From: an uncultured Coriobacteriaceae bacterium
GTDB lineage: Bacteria; Actinomycetota; Coriobacteriia; Coriobacteriales; Atopobiaceae
DNA: 53,532 nt
Assembly (NCBI GenBank): GCA_900549525.1
Contig: UWSJ01000001.1
Span: forward strand, 1 to 53,532
Reading direction: 5' to 3'
Made by a program: the position numbers and the translations under genes
Notes under the pieces: generated by a model
What the model was told of the DNA's origin: nothing
The model's input: only the letters and a program-made list of their open reading frames with translations
The model's database searches: none
Shown: positions 1-9,012 of the stretch, piece after piece
Numbering within the stretch: position 1 is the first letter of the stretch
Layout of the letters: every line of letters begins with the position of its first letter

Positions 1-2046
1 GTCGAGGAGGTCCAGGACATGGTCGAGGACCAGATCATGGCCAAGGGCGCCTTCTCGGTGGCGCGCAACTACATCACCTACCGCTACGTGCAGGGGCTCA
101 AGCGCCAGTCCAACACCACCGACGACAAGATCCTGTCCCTCATCGAGTGCAACAACGAGGAGGTCAAGCAGGAGAACTCCAACAAGAACCCCACGGTCAA
201 CTCTGTCCAGCGCGACTACATGGCCGGCGAGGTCTCCAAGGACCTCACGATGCGCATGCTGCTCCCCGAGGACGTCGTGAGGGCCCACCAGGAGGGCATC
301 ATCCACTTCCACGACTCCGACTACTATGCGCAGCACATGCACAACTGCGACCTCGTGAACCTCGACGACATGCTGCAGAACGGCACGGTCATTTCGGGCA
401 CGCTCATCGAGAAGCCGCACAGCTTCTCGACGGCCTGCAACATCGCCACGCAGATCATCGCCCAGGTGGCGTCGAGCCAGTACGGCGGCCAGTCCATCTC
501 GCTTACGCACCTCGCGCCCTTCGTCGACGTGTCGCGCAAGAAGATTCGCCGCGAGGTCACGGCCGAGCTCGCGGAGCTCGGCGTCGGCGCCACGCCCGAT
601 AAGGTCGATGAGGTGGTCGAGAACCGCCTGCTCGAGGAGATCCGTCGAGGCGTGCAGACCATCCAGTACCAGGTCGTCACCCTCATGACTACGAATGGCC
701 AGGCTCCGTTCGTGACCGTCTTCATGTACCTCAACGAGGCGCGCAACGCCCAGGAGAAGCACGACCTCGCCCTCATCATCAAGGAGACGCTGCGCCAGCG
801 CTACGAGGGTGTGAAGAACGAGGAGGGCGTCTGGATCACGCCGGCGTTCCCCAAGCTCATCTACGTGCTCGAGGACGACAACATCGAGCCGGGCCAGAAG
901 TACTTCCACCTCACCCAGCTTGCGGCCAAGTGCACGGCCAAGCGCATGGTGCCCGACTACATCTCCGAGAAGAAGATGAGGGAGCTTAAGCTTTCCAAGG
1001 GCGAGACGGAGGGCAACGGAGACTGCTTCACCTGCATGGGCTGCCGTAGCTTCCTCACGCCCGACCGCTCGGGCAACGGCTTTGGCAACGTCGCCCACGC
1101 GCTCAACTATGAGCCGGGCGAGCCCAAGTATTACGGCCGCTTCAACCAGGGCGTCGTGACGATCAACCTCCCCGACGTGGCGCTGTCCTCCGGCGGGGAC
1201 GTGGAGGCGTTCTGGAAGATCTTCGACGAACGCCTCGACCTCTGCCACAAGGCCATGCGCTGCCGTCATGAGCGCCTCAAGGGCACGCTCTCCGATGCTG
1301 CGCCCATCCTCTGGCAGTATGGTGCGCTGGCCCGCCTGCCCAAGGGTGCGCCCATCGATCCCTTGCTCTATGGTGGCTACTCCACGATGTCGCTTGGCTA
1401 CGCCGGGCTCTATGAGTGCGTCAAGTACATGACCGGCCACTCTCACACCGACCCGGAGGCCACGCCCTTCGCCATCCAGGTCATGCGGCACATGAACGAC
1501 CGCTGCAACGAGTGGAAGGCCGCCGAGGACATCGACTACTCCATCTACGGCACGCCGCTTGAGTCCACGACGTACAAGTTCGCCAAGTGCCTCCAGCGTC
1601 GCTTCGGCATCATTCCCGGCATCACGGACCACGGCTATATCACCAACAGCTACCACGTTAACGTGCGCGAGAAGATCGACGCCTTCGACAAGCTCAAGTT
1701 CGAGAGCCAGTTCCAGCCGCTCTCTCCGGGTGGCGCCATCTCCTACGTCGAGGTTCCCAACATGCAGGACAACCTCGAAGCCGTCATGAGCGTGCTGCAC
1801 TACATCTACGACAACATCATGTATGCCGAGCTCAACACCAAGAGTGACTACTGCCAGGTGTGCGGCTACGACGGCGAGATCAAGATTGTCGAGGATGACG
1901 GCAAACTCGTCTGGGAGTGCCCGCACTGCGGCAACCGCGACCAGAACAAGCTTAATGTTGCCCGTCGTACCTGCGGTTATATCGGCACCCAATTTTGGAA
2001 CCAGGGCCGCACGGAGGAGATTCGCGACCGTGTGATGCATCTGTAG
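1..2046 (+). CDS. nrdD: Anaerobic (class III) ribonucleoside-triphosphate reductase, 5'-truncated by window edge
   Basis: Frame open from base 1 (VEEVQDMVED, end of ATP cone); KENSNK-like motif, MGCRS finger-loop Cys, CxxC...CPHC Zn site, C-terminal glycyl-radical motif RRTCGYIG. Confidence 0.97.
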   Translation, partial: VEEVQDMVEDQIMAKGAFSVARNYITYRYVQGLKRQSNTTDDKILSLIECNNEEVKQENSNKNPTVNSVQRDYMAGEVSKDLTMRMLLPEDVVRAHQEGIIHFHDSDYYAQHMHNCDLVNLDDMLQNGTVISGTLIEKPHSFSTACNIATQIIAQVASSQYGGQSISLTHLAPFVDVSRKKIRREVTAELAELGVGATPDKVDEVVENRLLEEIRRGVQTIQYQVVTLMTTNGQAPFVTVFMYLNEARNAQEKHDLALIIKETLRQRYEGVKNEEGVWITPAFPKLIYVLEDDNIEPGQKYFHLTQLAAKCTAKRMVPDYISEKKMRELKLSKGETEGNGDCFTCMGCRSFLTPDRSGNGFGNVAHALNYEPGEPKYYGRFNQGVVTINLPDVALSSGGDVEAFWKIFDERLDLCHKAMRCRHERLKGTLSDAAPILWQYGALARLPKGAPIDPLLYGGYSTMSLGYAGLYECVKYMTGHSHTDPEATPFAIQVMRHMNDRCNEWKAAEDIDYSIYGTPLESTTYKFAKCLQRRFGIIPGITDHGYITNSYHVNVREKIDAFDKLKFESQFQPLSPGGAISYVEVPNMQDNLEAVMSVLHYIYDNIMYAELNTKSDYCQVCGYDGEIKIVEDDGKLVWECPHCGNRDQNKLNVARRTCGYIGTQFWNQGRTEEIRDRVMHL

Positions 2047-2241
2047 GCTACGTCTTCCCGTCGGCGCAAACCTGCGCTCAGGGTCGCTTGCTTTGCAAGT
2101 CCCTAGCCATTCGCTACGGCTTGCGCCGACGGGGACCTGCCTTCGTTGACCATCGTTGTGGAGGCTCCTCCGTGGGGCCAACGGTGGTTCCACCTGCTGT
2201 TTATTGGCCGCGCCTTGGTGGGGCCTATAGGAGTTTTGTGC

Positions 2242-2820
2242 ATGAATTACGGGGCTATTAAGTACTTCGACATTGCGAACGGGGTTGGCGTGAGGACGAG
2301 CCTGTTCGTCTCGGGATGTCGCATCCATTGCCCCGGGTGCTTCAACGCCGAGGCGCAGGACTTCGGGTTTGGGAAGCCCTTCGAGCGTCAGACGGAGGAC
2401 GCCATCATCGACAGCCTACGGCCCAGCTACGTGGCGGGTCTCTCGCTGCTGGGCGGCGACCCGATGGAGCCCGAGAACCAGCGGGTGCTCCTGCATCTCA
2501 TCGAGCGTGTGGTGGAGGAGCTGCCCGACAAGGACATCTGGTGCTACTCAGGCTACGCGTACGACCGCGATCTTGTCCCCGGCGGCTCGCACTGGCTCGA
2601 GGGCGTCACCGACCGCCTGCTCGACTGCGTCGACGTGCTCGTGGACGGCCCCTTCATTGCGGCCAAGAAGGACATTACGCTGCGGTTTCGTGGCTCGGCC
2701 AACCAGCGGCTGATTGACCTAGCAGCCACGCGGGCCACGATGGGGGAGCCGGGGGCACCTGTCGGCGGCACGGTCGTCGCATGGACGGACGACCCGGTAT
2801 TCGCCACGCACACGATGTAG
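2242..2820 (+). CDS. nrdG: Anaerobic RNR activating radical-SAM protein
   Basis: ATG at 2242 after AGGAG; DIANGVGVRTSLFVSGC-x3-C-x2-C radical-SAM motif, FRGSANQR; follows nrdD. Confidence 0.95.
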   Translation: MNYGAIKYFDIANGVGVRTSLFVSGCRIHCPGCFNAEAQDFGFGKPFERQTEDAIIDSLRPSYVAGLSLLGGDPMEPENQRVLLHLIERVVEELPDKDIWCYSGYAYDRDLVPGGSHWLEGVTDRLLDCVDVLVDGPFIAAKKDITLRFRGSANQRLIDLAATRATMGEPGAPVGGTVVAWTDDPVFATHTM

Positions 2821-2873
2821 GCGCGTTCTGGGTCAAGCGCGGCTCTCGCGGGCGGTTCCGCCCCATACTTGCG

Positions 2874-3845
2874 CTACACGCCCAGGTGCGCCGCGAGGTC
2901 GAGGATGGCCTTGCGATAGCCTTCGATTCCCATGCCGGTGATCGTCTCGAAGCAGGCCTTGCGGACGAAGGAGACCTGACGGAAGTCCTCTCGCTCCTCG
3001 ACCTTGGAGATGTGCACCTCCACGGCAGGCAGTGACACGGCCTTCACGGCGTCGAGGATGGCCACCGAGGTGTGCGTGTAGGCAGCTGGGTTGATGACGA
3101 TGCCGTCATAGGTGCCGAAGGCCGCCTGGATCTCGTCGACGATGGATCCCTCGTGGTTGGACTGGAAGCACCGGATGTCGTCGAACCCGGCCTCATGCGC
3201 GGCGTCCTTGCAGGTGCGCACGAGCGCGGCATAGTCGGCCTTGCCATAGATTCCCGGCTCGCGTATGCCGAGCATGTTGATGTTGGGGCCATTGATCACA
3301 AGCACGGCATGGCGCTCGGCCGCGCTCGCCGCAAGGTGAGGGGTCTTCTTCTCGGCGTCGCCGTCAAGAAACGCCTTGAGGGCGTCAATGTCCTCCTTGC
3401 CAAGGCGTTCGTCATCGATGGCGGCTTGCTGCTGAGCCCGATAGCTGCGCCGACGTCCGGGGGTGATGATGATCGGGTTGGCTCCTGCCCTCCTGACCGT
3501 CGTCGTGCGCTCCTCCGTGTCTTTCTCGACGGAACTGTCCTCCGGCATGGACTGCAGCGGATTTACGCATACGCCGCCCGGCTCGTCGAGACCGACGCCC
3601 GACTGGATGGCGAACTCGCGGGCCACGCCCTCGATGGCAGACGGGCCAAACACGACCTCGATGCCGTCCTTGCCGTGCGAGACGACGCCGAGCACCCCGC
3701 GGAGCTCCTGGAGGCGAGCAGAGTCAACTTTCGTGGGGTCAACCAGTGTGAGTCTGAGCCGAGTCAGGCACGTCATGACCTTACGTATGTTCTCGGCACC
3801 ACCGACGGCTATGAGCGTGTCGGCGGCAACGTCCCCGTAGTTCAT
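2874..3845 (-). CDS. aroQ: Fusion: N-terminal PTS EIIB (glucose/sucrose type) domain + type II 3-dehydroquinate dehydratase
   Basis: N-term GGAENI...CLTRLR...VVFGP (EIIB signature); C-term INGPNINMLGIREPGIYG, QSNHEG, NPAAYTHTS, EVHIS (type II DHQase); ATG 3845 after GAGG. Confidence 0.92.
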   Translation of the reverse strand: MNYGDVAADTLIAVGGAENIRKVMTCLTRLRLTLVDPTKVDSARLQELRGVLGVVSHGKDGIEVVFGPSAIEGVAREFAIQSGVGLDEPGGVCVNPLQSMPEDSSVEKDTEERTTTVRRAGANPIIITPGRRRSYRAQQQAAIDDERLGKEDIDALKAFLDGDAEKKTPHLAASAAERHAVLVINGPNINMLGIREPGIYGKADYAALVRTCKDAAHEAGFDDIRCFQSNHEGSIVDEIQAAFGTYDGIVINPAAYTHTSVAILDAVKAVSLPAVEVHISKVEEREDFRQVSFVRKACFETITGMGIEGYRKAILDLAAHLGV

Positions 3846-3961
3846 GCAATCCTCTTCCAATGCGCGAATTCAAATATGCCATTTTGACATGCCCGAGGAA
3901 TCCGGGCACAAAACATGTGCCGGAGGTGGAAATGGGCGGACAAGCGGTTGCTTCAGGTGCC

Positions 3962-5314
3962 CTAGACACCAAGCCTACGCGAAATCTCCAGGGCATCTCC
4001 ACGTGCTGAACCCGTGCAAGAGATGACAACATCCGCCCAGGCACGGTAGAGCGGCATGCGCTCTGCGGCGAGGGCCTCGACACCGCGCGTGCGGGAGATG
4101 GGCCGGCCGCGGCTCGACAGCTCCTCGATCGGGCGGTCGAGCATGGCGACGACGCCGTTCTGGCGCATGAGTGCGAGGTTCTCCGGCCTCGTCACGACGC
4201 CGCCCCCGCAGGAGAGCACGTGTCCCGACTTGCGGGCGTACGCGGCGAGCACCTCGGTCTCCATGACGCGGAAGGTGGGCTCGCCCTCGCCTTCGATGAC
4301 CTCGGCGGCGCTCCTGCCAAAGCGCTCGGCGAAGGCATGGTCGAGGTCGACGTGCGGGCGACCCGTAAGACGTGAGAGCTCCCGTCCGCAGCTGGTTTTG
4401 CCGCATCCTGGCATGCCAATGAGGATGACGTTTCTCGTCTCCCGGCGAATCTCGTCCTCGATGGTCGAGACGAGGGCCTCGTCGAGGTCGTGGCCCTGCC
4501 AGAGCTGACTGGAGTAGAGCGCCTGGGCGACAAGCATGGCCAGTCCGCTTTCGGAGGGCAGCCCCACTCGTTCGGCGGCGAGGCATATGCCGGTTCGCTC
4601 GGGGTTGTAGACGACGTCAAGCACGCCCCTGAGTTCGCGCATGTCCGCGAGCGCGTCATCGTCCAACGCGGACGCCGGGCAGTTGGGATACATGCCCACG
4701 GGCGTGGTGTTCACCACGAGGGCGGCGTGGGGGTGGCGCTCGGCCAGACCCTCGTAGCGCTCGGGGCCCTTGCGCGACACCACGACGACGCATGCCCCGC
4801 AGTCCTCGAGTGCGGCCTGGACGGCCTGCGAGGCACCGCCGGAGCCGAGGACAAGCACCTCGCGGTCGCGAAGCGCCTTCTCAGCCTCGGCCCCAAGCTC
4901 GCGCAGGCAGAAGCGTCGCAGCAACCAGCCAAAGCCGAGGACGTCGGTGTTGTCGGCGAGGATGAGGCCGTCGGGCCTTCTCAGCAGGGTGTTGGCGACT
5001 CCGAGGCGCTCCACGCGCGTCGTCCGCTCGTCGGCGAGCTGGGCTGCATGGGACTTGTACGGGATCGTGACGTTGAGACCACGCCATCGCCTCTCGCGGA
5101 CGTAGGGGGCAACTTCGTCGGGCTCGAGCTCGACGAGCTGGTAGGGCGTGCTACCCAGGATCTCGTGGATGCGGGGGCTCCAGCTGTGACCGAGCGTGCG
5201 CCCGAGCAGCCCGTAGGTCACAGGCCCGCGGCCGTCCCGTGCCCGGCCGGCTCCGGCCGACTCCGGCATGTCGGTTGTCTCCACGTGCGTCTCCCTCTCG
5301 CTTGCGCCGTCCAT
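3962..5314 (-). CDS. aroE-aroK: Bifunctional shikimate dehydrogenase / shikimate kinase
   Basis: GRTLGHSWSP, NVTIPYK, NTDVLGF, GSGGA, NTTPVGM (AroE) followed by LIGMPGCGKT Walker A, FRxxE, GGG (AroK); exact start uncertain. Confidence 0.92.
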   Translation of the reverse strand: MDGASERETHVETTDMPESAGAGRARDGRGPVTYGLLGRTLGHSWSPRIHEILGSTPYQLVELEPDEVAPYVRERRWRGLNVTIPYKSHAAQLADERTTRVERLGVANTLLRRPDGLILADNTDVLGFGWLLRRFCLRELGAEAEKALRDREVLVLGSGGASQAVQAALEDCGACVVVVSRKGPERYEGLAERHPHAALVVNTTPVGMYPNCPASALDDDALADMRELRGVLDVVYNPERTGICLAAERVGLPSESGLAMLVAQALYSSQLWQGHDLDEALVSTIEDEIRRETRNVILIGMPGCGKTSCGRELSRLTGRPHVDLDHAFAERFGRSAAEVIEGEGEPTFRVMETEVLAAYARKSGHVLSCGGGVVTRPENLALMRQNGVVAMLDRPIEELSSRGRPISRTRGVEALAAERMPLYRAWADVVISCTGSARGDALEISRRLGV

Positions 5315-6460
5315 CTACACCAGCTCCGAGTAACTGCCGAGGTAGCGGTACTCCTCGCAGAGGTCGTCAAGCGAGGCGAGGAGCTTCGAGAACTCCGGCG
5401 CGGCCACCGGGCAGTCGAGGTCGAAGTAGAACATGAACTCGAAGTCTGATTCGGGGATTGGACGGCTCTCGAGCTTGACGAGGTTGATGCCGAGCGCGTA
5501 GAAGCGCTGGAGCACCTTGCAGAGGCTGCCGGGCGTGTTGCCCGTCACCACCATAAGCGAGGTGCGGTCGGCGCCCGGGTAGATCTCGAGGTTCTTGGAG
5601 ATGCAGGCGAAGCGGGTGTAGTTGTTGCCCATGTCCTGCACGTTCTTCGCGAGCGTAGCGAGGTCGTAGAGCTCGGCGCAGGCACGGCTCGAGAGTGCGG
5701 CGGCGTCCTTGCGCCCGCTCTCGGCGACGAGCTTGGCCGCCGCGGCCGTGTTCTCGCACACGTGCACCGTCACGTTGGGGAGGGACTCGAGGAAGTCACG
5801 GCACTGGCTGATGGCCTGCTGGTGGCTGTATATGTCACGGATGCCGTCGAGCGTGGCCCCGGGGATGGCGAGCAGCTGGTGGTCGACCTTGAGCCGCAGG
5901 CTCCTGACGATGCAGAACTGGTGGCGCTCCATGAGGTCGTAGACCTGGTGGACGGTGCCCGCCGTGGAGTTCTCAACGGGAAGCACGCCGTAGCGACACG
6001 TCCCCTCGTCAACGGCACGGAACACGCCCTCGAAGGAGTCGAGGAACGAGATGGTCGCGCGTTTGAAGAGACGGTCGGCCGCGAGTTGCGAGTAGGCTCC
6101 CTCGACGCCCTGGCACGCCACCTGGGCCGCCTGGGGGAAGAGGCCGGGCGTGGAGGTGACGGCGTCGAAGATGCGCTGCTCGAGGTCGGTGCCGCCGCCA
6201 AGCTCGGCGTTCTGGCGCGCTCGCGACATCTCCATGAGGAGGCTGAAGAGCACCTGCGTGAAGTCGGCGAGATCGGCCGGGACCTTCGACGCCACCGAGG
6301 CGAGCTTGGCGCGCTCGCGGGAGCGGTCGAGAACGGGCTTGCCGTGCGCCTGCTTGTAGACGGCGACGTCATGGGCGCATTGCATGCGCTCGGTGAACAG
6401 GCGGCATATGTCGGCGTCAATGCGGTCGATGCGCTGACGGATTTCTCCGAGGTCTTCCAT
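5315..6460 (-). CDS. pheA: Bifunctional chorismate mutase / prephenate dehydratase with C-terminal ACT domain
   Basis: IRQRIDRID..RM..VAVYK chorismate mutase; QGVEGAYS, PVENSTAG, NYTRF, KLESRP; ATG 6460 after GAGGAG. Confidence 0.95.
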   Translation of the reverse strand: MEDLGEIRQRIDRIDADICRLFTERMQCAHDVAVYKQAHGKPVLDRSRERAKLASVASKVPADLADFTQVLFSLLMEMSRARQNAELGGGTDLEQRIFDAVTSTPGLFPQAAQVACQGVEGAYSQLAADRLFKRATISFLDSFEGVFRAVDEGTCRYGVLPVENSTAGTVHQVYDLMERHQFCIVRSLRLKVDHQLLAIPGATLDGIRDIYSHQQAISQCRDFLESLPNVTVHVCENTAAAAKLVAESGRKDAAALSSRACAELYDLATLAKNVQDMGNNYTRFACISKNLEIYPGADRTSLMVVTGNTPGSLCKVLQRFYALGINLVKLESRPIPESDFEFMFYFDLDCPVAAPEFSKLLASLDDLCEEYRYLGSYSELV

Positions 6461-6506
6461 GGTGCTCCTCGTGCGGTCGAAGCGTGTGGTGGTGAGGGTG
6501 ACGTTT

Positions 6507-7631
6507 CTAAGCAAGCGGGGCCGCTGGCGGCGTGGGGAACTTGCCCTCTGCGAGCAGGGCGTCCATGAGCGCCAGGGCGCAGACCGCCTCGGCCACGGGA
6601 ACGGCGCGCGGGACGATGCAGGGATCGTGGCGCCCCCTGACGACAAGCTCCGCGTCCTCGCCCGTCATGAGGTCGACGGTGTGCTGGGCGATGCCGATAG
6701 AGGCCGTGGGCTTGACCGCCATGCGCCAGACGATCGGGGCGCCCGTGGTGATGCCGCCGACGATGCCGCCCGCGTCGTTCTTATCGGGCATGACGCGGCC
6801 GCTCTCCATGTGCCAGGGGTCGTTGTGGACAGATCCCGCCATGCAGGCCGCGCCAAAGCCGGCACCGAACTCGACGCCCTTGACGGCCGGGATGCCAAAG
6901 GCGGCGCGGGCGATGCGGTTCTCGATGCCGTCGAACATGGGGTCGCCCACGCCAGCGGGCATACCGTAGGCGACGCACTCGACAACGCCGCCCACCGAGT
7001 CCAAGTTGTCCTTGGCAGCGAGGATGCGCTCGCGCATGGCGAGGGCCGCGTCACGGCTCACGCAGGGCAGGGGGTTGGCGAGAATCGCGTCGCGCTCGGC
7101 AGGGTCGAAGGCCCGGCCAGCGAGGGCCACGTCGACGATGCCCTCGGGCGCAAGCGACTTGATATGCGCGACGACGCGGACGCCGAGCGCGTCCTCGAGC
7201 GCCTGCAGGGCGATGCCGCCCGCCACGCAGAGCGGGGCTGTGAGACGTCCGGAGAAGTGGCCGCCCCCGGCGACGTCTTGATGGTTGCCATAGCGGACGA
7301 AGGCCGGGTAGTCGGCGTGTCCCGGACGGGGCTTGCGCCTGAGCTCCGCGTAGTCCTGCGAACGCGTGTTGGTGTTCTCGATGACGGCCGCGAGCGGGGC
7401 GCCGCAGGTGTGACCGTCAACGATGCCGGAGACGAAGCGGGGGGCGTCGGGCTCCCTTCGCGTCGTCGAGGTGTCGGTTCGGCCGGGGGCGCGACGGGCG
7501 AGGAAGGCCGAGAGCCGTTTCTGGTCGACCGAAAGCCCGGCGGGAAGTCCTTCGACGACGCAGCCAATGGCAGGGGAGTGGGACTGCCCGAAGATCGAGA
7601 CTCGAAGGGCCTCGCCTATGGTGGAGGACAT
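6507..7631 (-). CDS. aroC: Chorismate synthase
   Basis: FGQSHS, PRPGHAD, GGGHFSGRLT, KPTASI, GRHDPCI motifs; ATG 7631 after AGGAG. Confidence 0.96.
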   Translation of the reverse strand: MSSTIGEALRVSIFGQSHSPAIGCVVEGLPAGLSVDQKRLSAFLARRAPGRTDTSTTRREPDAPRFVSGIVDGHTCGAPLAAVIENTNTRSQDYAELRRKPRPGHADYPAFVRYGNHQDVAGGGHFSGRLTAPLCVAGGIALQALEDALGVRVVAHIKSLAPEGIVDVALAGRAFDPAERDAILANPLPCVSRDAALAMRERILAAKDNLDSVGGVVECVAYGMPAGVGDPMFDGIENRIARAAFGIPAVKGVEFGAGFGAACMAGSVHNDPWHMESGRVMPDKNDAGGIVGGITTGAPIVWRMAVKPTASIGIAQHTVDLMTGEDAELVVRGRHDPCIVPRAVPVAEAVCALALMDALLAEGKFPTPPAAPLA

Positions 7632-7639
7632 GGCGGCTC

Positions 7640-8983
7640 CTAGTTCACGAGGTCGACGAGGCCGCCGAGCGTGCGGTAGTCCTCGAAGAATGAGGGGTAG
7701 GACTTCTCGACGCACTGGGAGCCCCGAATGGTGACGTCGCCCCCGCAGCGCGTGGCGGCAATGGCGGCCATCATGGCGATGCGGTGGTCGTTGGCAGCGT
7801 CGACGACGCCGCCCAACAGACTGCCCACGCCCTCGATGGTGATCGTGTCGCTGCCAGGGGTGAGACGCGCGCCAAGCGCGTTGAGAGCAGCGCACACGCT
7901 CTCCACGCGGTCGGACTCCTTGAGGCGCAGGCGCGCGCAGCCTGTGAGCGTGGTGGTGCCGGGGGCGAGCGCGGCGACGGCCGCAAGCGGGGGGACGAGG
8001 TCGGGGAAGTCCGAGACGTCCATCTCGCAGGCGACGGGGGAGCCGGCGCTCACGCGGGCCGTATCGCCTGAACGGGAGACGCGTCCCCCGAGCTTGGCGA
8101 TGGCGGCGAGCACGGCACGGTCACCCTGGCGGCTCGCGAGGTCGAGCCCGCTCACGCCAAGCTCCCGGACGCGACCCGCCCTCGGGAGCGGCTCGATCGC
8201 GAGGGCGCCGGCGCAGAGCCAGAACGCGGCGTTGGACCAGTCACCCTCGACGGACACTGCGCCCGGAGAGACGTAGGGCGTCGCGGGCGAGACGAGAAAC
8301 GAGGTGTAGCCGCGGCCGTCAATGCGCTCGTGGCTCTCGTGAACCTCGACGCCAAAGGTGGCGAGGGCGCTTATGGTGAGGCTGACGTAGGGGCGGCTCT
8401 CGAAGGGCTCGGAGACGCGCACCTCGGTGGGGCCTCCCAGAAGCGGGGCGGCCATGAGCAGGCCGCTCACGTACTGCGAGCTCACGTTGCCGGGCAGCTC
8501 GAAGCGCCCGGGCCGGAGGGTGCCCGAGACCGTGAGGGGGAAGGTGCCGGGCTCGGAGATGTCGGCACCGCCGGCGACGAGCTCCTCGTAGAGCGGCGAG
8601 AGCGGGCGAGCGGCGAGCCTCCCGTGCCCCGTGAGCTCACCGCCCTGTCCGAGCGCGCAGAGCACCGGCAGCAGGAAGCGCAGCGTCGAGCCGGACTCGC
8701 CGCAGTCGAGGACGGCCCCCGCATGGGCAAGTCTCACGTTGTCCGAGGAAGGACTGCCCGGAAGCGGCACCACGGCGAGGCGTTCGCCTTCGCGCTCAAC
8801 GCCTGCCCCGAGCGACTCGAGGCAGGCGATGGTGGCCTCGATGTCCTTCGAGGTCGTGGGGCATGCGATGCTGGTGGGACCCGGGCAAAGCGCGGCGCAG
8901 ATGAGCAGGCGGTGAGCCATCGACTTGCTGGCGATGGCGCGCACCGTGCCGTGCAGCGGCCGAGGATGAATGATGGCGTCCAT
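7640..8983 (-). CDS. aroA: 3-phosphoshikimate 1-carboxyvinyltransferase (EPSP synthase)
   Basis: SKSMAHR, CGESGSTLRF, SSQYVSG, RLKESDR, DHRIAM, KSYP motifs; ATG 8983. Confidence 0.96.
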   Translation of the reverse strand: MDAIIHPRPLHGTVRAIASKSMAHRLLICAALCPGPTSIACPTTSKDIEATIACLESLGAGVEREGERLAVVPLPGSPSSDNVRLAHAGAVLDCGESGSTLRFLLPVLCALGQGGELTGHGRLAARPLSPLYEELVAGGADISEPGTFPLTVSGTLRPGRFELPGNVSSQYVSGLLMAAPLLGGPTEVRVSEPFESRPYVSLTISALATFGVEVHESHERIDGRGYTSFLVSPATPYVSPGAVSVEGDWSNAAFWLCAGALAIEPLPRAGRVRELGVSGLDLASRQGDRAVLAAIAKLGGRVSRSGDTARVSAGSPVACEMDVSDFPDLVPPLAAVAALAPGTTTLTGCARLRLKESDRVESVCAALNALGARLTPGSDTITIEGVGSLLGGVVDAANDHRIAMMAAIAATRCGGDVTIRGSQCVEKSYPSFFEDYRTLGGLVDLVN

Positions 8984-9012
8984 GGATGTCCTTCGTGTCG
9001 TGAGCGGCGGGG

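Noticed and set aside
2047..2241. Cobalamin riboswitch or tRNA in the nrdD-nrdG spacer
   Set aside because: No B12-box-type conserved segments and no T-loop, D-loop or CCA recognised; kept only as a generic structured element
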